Source: Malacoraja senta (lineage: Eukaryota). From it: a stretch of 64,000 nt of DNA. The stretch is from NCBI GenBank assembly GCA_038087875.1, contig JAXLNO010000079.1, positions 248,001-312,000 of the forward strand, in the 5' to 3' direction. Within the stretch, counting starts at the first letter, position 1, and each line of letters starts with the position of its first letter. A program made the position numbers and the translations under genes. Positions 11,801 through 23,712 of this stretch are shown here, piece by piece. Below the pieces are notes generated by a model. It did no database searches. It had not been told where the DNA came from and saw nothing but the letters and a program-made list of their open reading frames with translations.

Positions 11801-14725
11801 GAGTGAGCGGGTGAGTGAGTGAGCGGGTGAGTGAGTGGGCGGGTGGGTGAGTGAGTGGGCGGGTGAGTGAGTGAGTGAGTGAGTGGGCGGGTGAGTGAGT
11901 GAGTGGGCGGGTGAGTGAGTGAGTGGGTGGGTGGGTGAGTGGGCGGGTGAGTGAGTGAGTGAGTGGGCGGGTGAGTGAGTGAGTGGGTGGGTGGGTGGGC
12001 GGGTGAGTGGGTGGGTGGGTGGGCGGGTGAGTGAGCGGGCGGGTGGGTGAGTGAGTGGGCGGGGTGGGTGAGTGAGTGAGCGGGTGGGTGGGCGGGTGAG
12101 TGAGCGGGCGGGTGAGTGAGTGGGCGGGTGGGTGAGTGAGTGAGCGGGCGGGCGGGTGAGTGAGTGGGCGGGTGAGTGAGTGGGTGGGTGGGTGGGCGGG
12201 TGAGTGAGTGGGCGGGTGAGTGAGTGGGCGGGTGAGTGAGTGAGTGGGCGGGTGGGTGAGTGGAGTGAGCGGGTGAGTGAGTGGGTGGGTGGGTGGGCGG
12301 GTGAGTGAGTGGGCGGGTGAGTGAGTGGGTGGGTGGGCGGGCGGGTGAGTGAGTGGGCGGGTGAGTGGGTGAGTGGGCGGGTGAGTGAGTGGGCGGGCGG
12401 GTGGGTGAGTGAGTGAGTGAGTGGGCGGGTGGGTGAGTGAGTGAGCGGGCGAGCGGGCGGGTGAGAGTGAGTGAGTGGGCGGGTGAGTGAGTGGGCGGGC
12501 GGGTGGGTGAGTGAGTGAGTGGGCGGGTGGGTGGGTGAGTGAGTGAGCGGGCGAGCGGGCGGGTGAGAGTGAGTGAGTGGGCGGGTGAGTGAGTGGGCGG
12601 GCGGGTGGGTGAGTGAGTGAGTGAGTGGCGGGTGAGTGAGTGAGTGGGCGGGCGGGTGAGTGAGTGAGTGGGCGGGTGAGTGAGTGAGCGGGCGGGTGGG
12701 TGAGTGAGTGAGTGGGCGGGTGAGTGAGTGAGCGGGCGGGCGGGTGAGTGAGTGGGCGGGTGAGTGGGCGGGTGAGTGAGTGAGTGGGCGGGTGGGTGAG
12801 TGAGTGAGTGGGCGGGTGAGTGAGTGAGTGGGCGGGTGAGTGAGTGAGCGGGCGGGCGGGTGAGTGAGTGAGCGGGCGGGCGGGTGAGTGAGTGGGCGGG
12901 TGAGTGGGCGGGTGAGTGAGTGGGTGGGTGGGGCGGGTGAGTGAGTGAGCGGGCGGGCGGGTGAGTGAGTGGGCGGGTGAGTGAGTGGGTGGGTGGGCGG
13001 GTGAGTGAGTGAGTGGGCGGGTGAGTGAGTGAGCGGGCGGGCGGGTGAGTGAGTGGGCGGGTGAGTGAGTGAGTGGGTGGGTGGGTGGGCGGGTGAGTGA
13101 GCGGGCGGGTGAGTGAGTGGGCGGGTGGGTGAGTGAGTGAGTGGGTGAGTGAGTGAGTGGGTGAGTGAGTGAGCGGGCGGGCGAGTGAGTGGGCGGGTGG
13201 GTGAGTGAGTGAGTGGGCGGGTGGGTGAGTGAGTGGGCGGGTGAGTGAGTGAGTGGGTGAGTGAGGGGTGAGGAGTGAGTGGGCGGGTGGGTGAGTGAGT
13301 GGGCGGGGTGAGTGAGTGAGTGAGTGGGCGGGTGAGTGAGTGAGTGAGTGGGCGGGTGAGTGAGTGTGAGTGGGTGAGTGAGTGAGTGGGCGGGTGGGTG
13401 AGTGAGTGGGCGGGTGAGTGAGTGAGTGAGTGGGCGGGTGAGTGAGTGGGCGGGTGAGTGAGTGAGCGGGCGGGGCGGGTGAGTGAGTGGGCGGGTGAGG
13501 TGAGTGAGTGAGCGGGCGGGTGAGTGAGTGGGTGAGTGAGTGAGCGGGCGGGTGAGTGAGTGGGCGGGTGGGTGAGTGAGTGGGCGTGAGTGAGTGGGTG
13601 AGTGGGCGGGTGAGTGAGTGAGTGGGCGGGTGAGTGAGTGAGCGGGTGGGTGAGTGAGTGGGCGGGTGAGTGAGTGAGTGAGTGGGTGAGTGAGTGGGTG
13701 AGTGAGTGAGTGGGTGAGTGAGTGAGCGGGCGGGTGAGTGAGTGGGCGGGTGGGTGAGTGAGTGGGCGGGTGAGTGAGTGAGTGAGTGGGCGGGTGAGTG
13801 AGTGAGTGGGCGGGTGAGTGAGTGAGCGGGCGGGCGGGTGAGTGAGTGGGCGGGTGAGTGAGTGAGTGAGCGGGTGAGTGAGTGGGCGGGTGGGTGAGTG
13901 AGTGGGCGGGTGAGTGAGTGAGTGAGTGAGTGGGCGGGTGAGTGAGTGAGTGGGTGGGTGGGTGAGTGGGCGGGTGAGTGAGTGAGTGAGTGGGGCGGGT
14001 GAGTGAGTGAGTGGGTGGGTGGGTGGGCGGGTGAGTGGGTGGGTGGGTGGGCGGGTGAGTGAGCGGGCGGGTGGGTGAGTGAGTGGGCGGGTGGGTGAGT
14101 GAGTGAGCGGGTGGGTGGGCGGGTGAGTGAGCGGGCGGGTGAGTGAGTGGGGCGGGTGGGTGAGTGAGTGAGCGGGCGGGCGGGTGAGTGAGTGGGCGGG
14201 TGAGTGAGTGGGTGGGTGGGTGGGCGGGTGAGTGAGTGGGCGGGTGAGTGAGTGGGCGGGTGAGTGAGTGAGTGGGCGGGTGGGTGAGTGAGTGAGCGGG
14301 TGAGTGAGTGGGTGGGTGGGTGGGCGGGTGAGTGAGTGGGCGGGTGAGTGGGTGGGTGGGCGGGCGGGTGAGTGAGTGGGCGGGTGAGTGGGTGAGTGGG
14401 CGGGTGAGTGAGTGGGCGGGCGGGTGGGTGAGTGAGTGAGTGAGTGGGCGGGTGGGTGAGTGAGTGAGCGGGCGAGCGGGCGGGTGAGAGTGAGTGAGTG
14501 GGCGGGTGAGTGAGTGGGCGGGCGGGTGGGTGAGTGAGTGAGTGGGCGGGTGGGTGGGTGAGTGAGTGAGCGGGCGAGCGGGCGGGTGAGAGTGAGTGAG
14601 TGGGCGGGTGAGTGAGTGGGCGGGCGGGGTGGGTGAGTGAGTGAGTGAGTGGGCGGGTGGGTGAGTGAGTGAGCGGGCGAGTGAGTGAGTGAGTGAGTGA
14701 GCGAGCGGGCGGGCGGGCGAGCGAG
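8863..14725. repeat. ~5.85-kb G-rich satellite of GAGT/GGGT/GGGC/GAGC tetramers
   Basis: Continuous array such as gggcgggtgagtgagtgagt, with strong strand asymmetry. Confidence 0.98.
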
Positions 14726-15303
14726 TGTGTATGTGTAAAAGCCCAGAGCTGCGGGAGAGTCTGTGCGAGTTGGTGCCGGGCCAGCACCTCTGTAAATAAA
14801 ATGCTAAAATAAACAGCGGGGAATTTTAATTAGCGGGGAGTTTAACAGCGGCCGCATATTAAATCAAGCGGATTTTACAGAAGCGAAGGTTGAGGTAGAT
14901 AAGATAATAATTTATGTAAAGATTCAACCATCTTTAACTTTTTATATATCTAAAACTAAACAGGATTTGTATTGGTCTAACCACGTAATACCCCACGTGT
15001 GAGGATATTGTGAGTATCGACACCCCTATGGCTTCTACGCAAACAACGTTAACTTTCTTTCGGAAACAAACAAGTGTAGGAGTGTAACAAGAATAACGTA
15101 CAAGAGACTGATAATAGTAAACGTGACAAAAGCTGGTTTCGTCTGCTTCTAGTTCAAATTTTCTAACTGGGTCCAATCTAGTTCTGAAAGTAATGATGTT
15201 TTGAAGTCAGGCTTGTATCCCTGCTCAGGTGTTTGCACTGAAGAAATGTGGAAGAAAAGAAGAAGCTTATCCCTGGTTAGACTGCAAGAATAATAAACTT
15301 GGG

Positions 15304-18256
15304 CTTTAAACTGGTATGGTTGGGGGGAGGGACTCAAATTGGGGAAAGCTAGCAGTCAGTGTGTGAGGCAGGAGGCAGAGAATGGAAGCACTCTGACCCA
15401 AAATGTAGGGGAGAGAGAAGAAAAAGACAATAAACAGAGAATAAGAGAGGGTGGGTTTCTTAAATGTGTATATTTTAATGCTAGGAGCATTGTAAGAAAG
15501 GTGGATGAACTTAAAGCCTGGATTGACACCTGGAAGTATGATGTTGTGGCGATCAGTGAAACATGGTTGCAGGAGGGCTGTGATTAGAAACTAAATATTC
15601 AGGATTTCGTTGCTTCAGGTGTGATAGAATTGGAGGGGCAAGAGGTGGAGGTGTTGCATGCTTATCAGGGAAGATATTACAGCAGTGCTTTGGCAGGATA
15701 GATTAGAGGGCTCTTCTAGGGAGGCTATTTGGGTGAATTGAGAAATGGGAAAGGGGTAGCAACACTCATAGGGTGTATATAGACCGCCAATGGGGAGCGA
15801 GAATTGGAAGAGCAAATATGTAAGGAGATAGCAGATATTAGTAGTAAGCACAAGGTAGTGATTGTGGGAGATTTCAATTTTCCACACATAGACTGGAAAC
15901 ACATTCTGTAAAAGGGCTGGATGGTTTGGAGTTTGTAAAATGTGTGCAAGATAGTGCTGGACCTCCTGTTAGGAATGAGACGGGTCAGGTGGCAGAGGTA
16001 TGCGTTGGGGAACAGTTCGGGACCAGTGATCACAATACCATTAGTTTCAATATAATTATGGAGAGGGTCAGAACTGGACCTAGGGTTGAGATTTTTGATT
16101 GGAGAAAGGCTAACTTTGAGGAGATGCGAAAGGATTTAAAAGGAGTAAATTGGACAGTTTGTTTTATGGGAAAGATGTGGAAGAGAAATGGAGGACATTA
16201 AAGGTGAAATTTTAAGAGTACAGAATCTTTATGTCCCTGTTCGGTTGAAAGGGAATAGTAAAATTTGGAAAGAGCCATGGTTTTCAAGGAAATTGGACAC
16301 TTAGTTCGGAAAAAGAGAGAGATCTACAATAATTATAGGCAGCATGGAGTAAATGAGTGCTTGAGGAGTATAAAAAATATAAAAGAGTCTTAAGAAAGAA
16401 ATTAGAAAAGCTAAAGAAGATATGAGGTTGCTTTGGCAAGTAAGGTGAAGTAAATCCAAAGGGTTTCTACAGCTATATTAATAGCAAAAGGATAATGAGG
16501 ATAAACTTGGTCCATTAGAGAGTCAGAGTGGACAGCTATCTGCAGAGCCAAAAGAGATGGGGGAGATATTGAACAATTTCTTTTCTTCGGTATTCACCAA
16601 GGAGAGGATATTGAATTATGTGAGGTAATGGAAACAAGTAGAGTAGCTATAGAAACTATGAGATACAAAGAAGAGGAAGTACTGACACTTTGAGAAATAT
16701 AAAAGTGGATAAGTCTCCAGGTCCGGACAGGATATTCCCTAGGACATTGAGGGAAGTTAGTGTAGAAATAGCAGGGGCTATGACAGAAATATTCAAATGT
16801 CATTAGAAACGGCAATAGTGCCGGAGGATTGCGTACTGCGCATGTTGTTCCATTGTTTAAAAAGGGTCGAAGAGTAAACCTAGCAATTATAGGCCTGTTA
16901 GTTTGACGTCAGTGGTGGGCAAATTAATGGAAAGGATACTTAGAGATAATATATATAAGCATCTGGATAAACAGGGTCTGATTAGGAACAGTCAACATGG
17001 ATTTGTGCCTGGAAGGTCATGTTTGACTAATCTTCTTGAATTTTTTGAAGAGGTTACTCGAAATTGATGAGGGTAAGCCGTGGATGTTGTATATATGGAC
17101 TTCAGTAAGGCCTTTGACAAGGTTCTCACGAAGGTTGGTTAAGAAGGTTCAATGGTTGGGTATTAATGGTGGAGTAGCAAGATGGATTCAACAGTGGCTG
17201 AATGGAGATGCCAGAGAGTAATGGTGGATGGTTGTTTGTCAGGTTGGAGGCCAGTGACTAGTGGATGCCACAGGGATCTGTGTTGGGTCCACTGTTGTTT
17301 GTCATGTACATCAACGATCTGGATGATGGTGTGGTAAATTGGATTTGTAAGTATGCAGATGATACTAAGATAGGTGGGGCTGTGGATAATGAAGTAGATT
17401 TTCAAAGTCTACAGAGGGATCTATGCCGGTTGGAAGAGTGGGCTGAAAGATGGCAGATGGAGTTTAATGCTGATAAGTGTGAGGTGCTACATCTTGGCAG
17501 GACAAATCAAAATAGGACGTACATGGTAAATGGTAGGGAATTGAAGAATGCAGGTGAACAGAGGGATCTTGGAATAACTGTGCACAGTTCCCTGAAAGTG
17601 GAATCTCATGTAGATAGGGTGGTAAAGAAAGCTTTTGGTGTGCTGCTTTATAAATCAGAGCATTGAGTATAGAAGTTGGGATGTAATGTTAAAATTGTAC
17701 AAGCATTGGTGAGGCCAATTCTGGAGTATGGGTGTACAATTTTGGTCGCCTAATTATAGGAAGGATGTCAACAAAAATAGAGAGAGTACAGAGGAGATTT
17801 ACTAGAATGTGGCCTGGTTTCAGCAACTAAGTTACAGAGAAAGGTTGAACAAGTTAGGTCTTTATTCTTTCGAGCGCAGAAGGTTAAGGGGGGACTTGAT
17901 AGAGGTCTTTAAAATGATGAGAGGGATAGACAGAGTTGACGTGATAAGCTTTTCCCACTGAGAGTAGGGAAGATTCAAACCAGCGGGACATGACTTGAGA
18001 ATTAAGGGACAGAAGTTTAGGGGTAACATGAGGGGAACTTCTTTACTCAGAGAGTGGTGGCTGTGTGGAATGAGCTTCAGTGAAGGTGGTGGAGGCAGGT
18101 TCGTTTTTATCATTTAAAAATGAATTGGATAGTTATATGGACGGGAAAGGAATGGAGGGTTATGGTCTGAGCGCAGGTATATGGACTAGGGAGAATACGT
18201 GTTCGGCACGGACTAGAAGGGTCGAGATGGCCTGTTTCCGTGCTGTAATTGTTATA
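15304..18256 (+). mobile_element. CR1-clade LINE (family B), near-complete ORF2 region (APE + RT), many frameshifts
   Basis: CVYFNARSI, VAISETWL, GTSDHN, PQGSVLGP, KYADDTKI; tail gttatat; TSD TGGG (15300-15303 / 18257-18260). Confidence 0.93.
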
Positions 18257-18360
18257 TGGGTGTAAAGTTTGTGCAAGCAGAAGCAATCTGACACTTTTTT
18301 GCTTCTGAGGGTTTGAGGCTGTCAAATGAATGGCAAATATCCTATTATGGAGCCGATCGA

Positions 18361-20346
18361 TATATAAAAAATTATAGCGAAGAAGTACAACGTAGCAAAG
18401 ATGAGTGGGAAGCAAGAGGATTGGGTAATGTTTAAAGAACAGAAGATAACTAAAAATACAATACGGGGAGAAAAGATGAGGTACGAAGGTAAGCCAGCCA
18501 GAATATAAAGCAGGATAGTAAAAGCTTCTTTAGTATGTGAAGAGGAAAAAATAGTTAAGACCCAAGTTGGACCCTTGAAGATCGAAAAAGGTGAATTTAT
18601 TATGGGGATACAAGGAAATGGCAGTGAGTTGAACAGTACTTTGGATCTGTCTTCACTAAGGAGGACACAAACAATCTTCCTGATATAGTAGTGGCCAGAG
18701 GATCTGGGGTGACGGAGGAAACTGAAGGAAATCCACATTAGGCAGGAAATGAGTTAGATTGACTGATGGGACTGAAGGCTGATAAATCCCCAGGGCCTGA
18801 TGGTCTGCATCCAGGGTACTTAAGGAAGTGGCTCTAGAAATCGTGGATGCATTGGTGATAATTTTCCAATGTTCTATAGACTCAGGATCAGTTCCTGTGG
18901 ATTGGAGGGTAGCCTAATGTTATCCCACTTTTTAAGAAAGGCGGGAGAGAGAAAACAGGGAATTATAGACCAGTTAGCCTGATATTGGTGGTGGGGAGAT
19001 GCTGGAGTCAATTATATAAGATGAAATAGCCGCACATTTGGATAGCAGTAACAGGATCGGTCCGAGTCAGCATGGATTTACGAAGGGGAAATCATGCTTG
19101 ACTAATCTTCTGGAATTTTTGAAGATGTAACTAGGAAAATGGACAAGAGAGAGCCAGTGGATGTAGTGTACCTGGACTTTCAGAAAGCATTTGATAAGGT
19201 CCCACATAGGAGATTAGTGGGCAAAATTAGGGCACATGGTATTGGGGTAGAGTGCTGACATGGATAGAGAATTGGTTGGCAGACAGAAACAAAGAGTAGG
19301 GATTAATGGGTCCCTTCCGAATGGCAGGCAGTGACTAGTGGGGTACCGCAAGGCTCGGTGCTGGGACCGCAGCTATGTACAATATATATCAATGATTTGG
19401 ATGAAGGGATTCAAAGTAACATTAACAAATTTGCAGATGAGACAAAGCTGGGTGGCAGTGTGAACTGTGAGGAGGATGCTATGAGAATGCAGGGTGACTG
19501 ACAGTTGGGGGAGTGGGCAGATGCATGGCAGATGAAGTTTAATGCGGATAAATGTGAGGTTATCCACTTTGGTAACAAAAACAGGAAGCAGATTACAAAT
19601 CTAAATGGTGTCAAGTTGGGAAAGGGGAAGTACAACGGGATCTGGGGGTCCTTGTTCATCAGTCTATGAAAGTAAGCATGCAGGTACAATAGGCAGTGAA
19701 AAAGTGAATGGCATGTTGGCCTTTATAACAACAGGAATCGAATATCGACCAAAGAGGTCCTTCTGCAGTTGTGCAGAGCCCTAGTGAGACCACACCTGGA
19801 GTATTGTGTGCAGTTTTGGTCCCCTAATTTGAGGAAGGACATTCTTGCTATTGAGGGAGTGCAGCGTAGGTTTACAAGGTTAATTCCCGGGATGGCGGGA
19901 CTGTCATATGCTGAGAGAATGGAGCAGCTGGGCTTGTACACTCTGGAGTTTAGAAAGATGAGAGGGGATCTCATTGAAACATATAAGATTGTTATGGGTT
20001 TGGACACGCTAGAGGCAGGAAACATGTTCCTGATGTTGGGGAGTCCAGAACCAGGGGCCACAGTTTAAGAATAAGGAGTAAGCCATTTAGAACGGAGACG
20101 AGGAAATACTTTTTCTCACAGAATGTGGTGAGTCTGTGAAATTCTCTGCCTCAGAGGGCGGTGGAGGCAGGTTCTCTGGATGTTTTCAAGAGAGCTGGAT
20201 AGGGCTCTTAAAAATAGCGGAGTCAGGGGATATGGGAGAAGGCAGGAACGGGGTACTGATTGGGGATGATCAGCCATGATCACATTGAATGGCGGTGCTG
20301 CTCGAAGGGCCGAATGGCCTACTCCTGCACTTATTGTCTATTGTCT
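18361..20346 (+). mobile_element. CR1-clade LINE (family A), 5'-truncated
   Basis: RT motifs (gacttt cagaaagcatttgataaggtcccaca; ORF 19769..20068); tail (ctattgt)n; TSD ATCGA (18356-18360 / 20347-20351). Confidence 0.93.
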
Positions 20347-22629
20347 ATCGAAGTACACGCATGAAGTCTCTCAGAAAAAAAATTGTTGATCACAAACTAT
20401 CAAAAGCTCACACTGCTGCTCTATGTGTTGTAAATACAGCTAGTGAAGATGCTCTTGGAAAATTACGTCACACCATGAATGCTTCGCAACTAAAGGCAAC
20501 CTTCAATTTTTTGTTCTGCATATTATTTAGCTCAGAATGACGGACCATACTCTGATCACTTTGGCTTACTGGAACTTCATAACAAAGATGGTATTGACAT
20601 TGGAATTGGATTGCATTCCCGCACTAGTGCTACGGAGATCATTAACCACATAGCCATTAATATGAAAAAAAAAGCCAGCATATCCCGCAGATAAATGGCA
20701 AAATTTCTGTTCTCATTGGTGAAACAACAAGCCTGAGCATCAAGACCGCCCTAATAGTTTATTTGAAATGTGAAAGTGATAAGGAAGGTGACCCCCATTT
20801 TATGTTTCTAATTGAACTGCCTGATCAGAAAGCTGCAACTATTACTAAGCATCTATGGAACTGTCTCAGTAACCATGGGTTTGATGACTCTTACTTGAAA
20901 CTGAACCTTGTAGCATTAGCTAGTGATGGGGCGAGCGTAATGCTTGGTGTCAAGTCTGGTGTTACTACAATTCTCAAGGGAAACTACCCTGATGTGATGA
21001 TTCGGTGAGAGAAGTTCATGGAATTAATCATTTTCGATCATTGATGGACAAATGGTTACAGTAGATCACCTCGACATCAAAAGGAACTGTCAGAATGTGC
21101 CTCTTAACTAGAACGCCAAATTTGCAAAATAGGCCGTGTTCTGGGCACCAGGTGGGTAGCTCTTTTCGAACAGTTTCAGCAGTGTGGCAAAATTATGAAG
21201 CAGTGTCTTCATTTTGAAAAAGCAATGAAGGGTGAAACAAGATCTGGGAGTGACAGAAAAACGAATGAAGGTCTGTTGACAAGACTCTCTTCAGAACAGT
21301 TTCTATTGGATTTAGCTCTAATGTATGACATGTTGCATGAACTTGGTTTACTGTCAGAGTGTTTACAGAAAGGCACTCCGATTGTTTATGCAGACAAGCT
21401 GATCCAACGGAGCATAAGATCACTGCATGGACTGATAGAGCCAACTGGTACAAATACTCTAGCTCAAGAGGCAGTTGAAAAAGGGAAGTTTGGAGAAATT
21501 ACCTTAACAAGCAACAACAAAATCATCTCCATTAATTATCAACAGTTTCTTACTGGTCTTATAAACAATTTGCAGCACCGTATGTTCACCACAACATCCT
21601 TGAAAGGTTCTCATTCTTCTGAACCTTAGAGTATGTATAAATCCCTGCTAAATGAATTGTGTGTCCTTGATAAATGCTGTTGTCCTGCTGAAATACCACC
21701 TAATTATGGAGAAGCTGCAATATCATCTCTGCAAGAGGTTTAAGCTTTCTTCTTCCTCTGTAATAAATGCCTTCAGAGATTACGTGGAAGATTGTTGATG
21801 CCGCATCCTCCAAGATATACGCCCATTACTGAGCTGTTCACGTTATTCCTATTAGTACTGCTGAGTGTGAGAAGGGATTCAGTCACATGAACAATAACAC
21901 CAACACGCTCAAGAATTCTCATAAATCATGTATCAGCACTTATGTTTGTTAAACTACACGGACCTTGTCTGGTTCAGTGGAATCCTGAGCCCTACGTCAC
22001 ATCATGGCTGCGTTACCACAGACGAGCAGACGACAGACACCAGGACAGGAGTTGCTTCAGACCCCCAAACACATATTACGCCTGAGCCTTTGTGGAAATT
22101 ATTGTGAAACTTCTTATTGGTGGCATTTGGTAATTAGGTAATTACTTGTAAATTGGTAAGATACATGATTACCGTCTTTTTCTTTACTTGCTTGATAATT
22201 ATATTTCATGATAATTAGTGATGGCAATTTTGTGATATTAAATTAAGTATTATATGTTTTATTGTACTAGTTATACACTGGGATGTAGTGATAGGCTATA
22301 ATCTTGTTTGACCCTCTTGGGACTATTTGCCCCCCCCCCCCCCCCCCCACTAAGCAAAACCTGAAATGTCGTCCCTGTTTGACAGCTCCGGCACCTAAAA
22401 AATTAGCACTGCAACACTGCATTCCAGGTAAAAAACAAATACAACAGGCTGGCTATCTCATCAGGTATTTTCATTGTGAAGCTGTTTTGATGAAGAATTG
22501 CTGGTCACCAGATTGCAGAGCAGTCTTTGTTTTTGGCTGCAGTAAATTAAATGAACGGGATCTTGTTATACCTTGCCTGTTTTTCCAGAGTGGCTCATCT
22601 CTTTCAGTCACTTTCCCCTCATCACAGCT

Positions 22630-22840
22630 TTTTGTAGACACAAGAAATTGCAGGATCTAGAATCTTGAGTGAACGCAAAGTGCTGGAGGAACTCAGCGTG
22701 TCAGCCAGCATCTGTGTGGGAATGGACTGACAATGTTTCGGGTTGGGACCCTTCTTTAGTTTGACTCAAAACATAATCTGCCCATTCCTTCCACTGATGC
22801 TGCCTGACCCACTGATTTCCTGCAGTACTTTGCTTTGCTG
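22630..22840. repeat. Penelope-derived repeat in fold-back (inverted) arrangement, diverged
   Basis: caaagtgctggaggaactcagc..tcagccagcatc on the left pairs with gatgctgcctgaccc.ctga.ttcctgcagtactttg on the right. Confidence 0.65.
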
Positions 22841-23421
22841 TCCTCTTGAGATGCAACAAAACACTGCCCATTTAGGGGATTGAATGGGGTGAAAAAAAAC
22901 ATGAAATCTTCAGCAGTGGATTTGCAGATGTTCCGTGATTCTAGTGACAGCCAATAATTGTTTGCTGGAGAAAGGTCGCCCACTTTCATTGGTCAGAAAT
23001 AATTGGCTGGAGCAGTTGGAAGTGGCAGTGCCCAGGGGCCTATGGGTTTGAAGTCAAATCTCTCGTTAATCAAATGCTGCTACAGATTGGTGACAGCGTT
23101 GGTGATGATGTAATGAAAGCAGGAACGGCCCTGCAGAATGTTTATTTTAATGTTTGATCTATTCTGCCCTGAGATGGGTCTTGGGATCATTTCACGATCG
23201 AGAGAGCAGAGATAATCATCTTTTGCAGGATGCTGACCTCTTCATTTACATACATATAAATGGTGAGAGTGTGTGAGATAGGCTGTAGAGGAAGAAACAA
23301 CATGAACATTTCAGTCCAATGTCCTTTCTTCCAGAGCCAAGGTGTACCTCCTGCCCGAGTGACCCTTGTATCACAGACATCATCTTACCACCATCAGCCT
23401 AGATCACCTCAGAGCTGATTC

Positions 23422-23712
23422 AATGTGGGAGAGCCTAGGACCAGAGGGCACAGCCTCAGAATAAAAGGACGTACCTTTAGAAGGAGATGAAGAGGAATTT
23501 CTTTAGTTAGAGGGTGGTGAATCTGTGGAATTCATTGCCACAGTCGACTGTGGAGGCCAAGTCATTGGGTATCTTTAGAAAGCAGAGATTGACAGGTTCT
23601 TGATTAGTAAGGGTGTCAAAGGTTATGGGGGAAGGGGTGGAGAATGGGGTTGAGAGAGAAAAATAGGTCAGCCCCGATCAAAGGGGGGAGTAGACTCGAT
23701 GGGTCGGGCTGA
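23422..23712 (+). mobile_element. CR1 LINE 3' fragment (older)
   Basis: ggaccagagggcacagcctcagaataaaagg...gagggtggtgaatctgtggaattcattgcc, the typical CR1 ORF2 end and 3' UTR. Confidence 0.8.

Larger units (their letters stand above)
15028..22107 (+). pseudogene. hAT-superfamily transposase (KIAA1586/ZNF862-like), in three pieces (15028-15303, 18261-18360, 20352-22107) interrupted by two CR1 LINEs
   Basis: Removing the LINEs at their TSDs gives YPWLDCKNNKLG|CKVCASRSN...LSNEWQISYYGADR|STRMKSLRKKIVDHKLSKAH. This is followed by ASDGASVMLG (ORF 20763), GTRWVA (~21145), the dimerisation-domain motif ISTAECEKGFSHMN (21851) and a stop after PEPLWKLL (22107). Probable right terminus ...gtcgtccCTG at 22377. 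Confidence 0.85.

Noticed and set aside
8626..14787. 2053-aa minus-strand ORF (H/P/S/T/L/R-rich)
   Set aside because: By-product of a tetramer satellite whose - strand has essentially no stop codons; no domain, non-ATG start.
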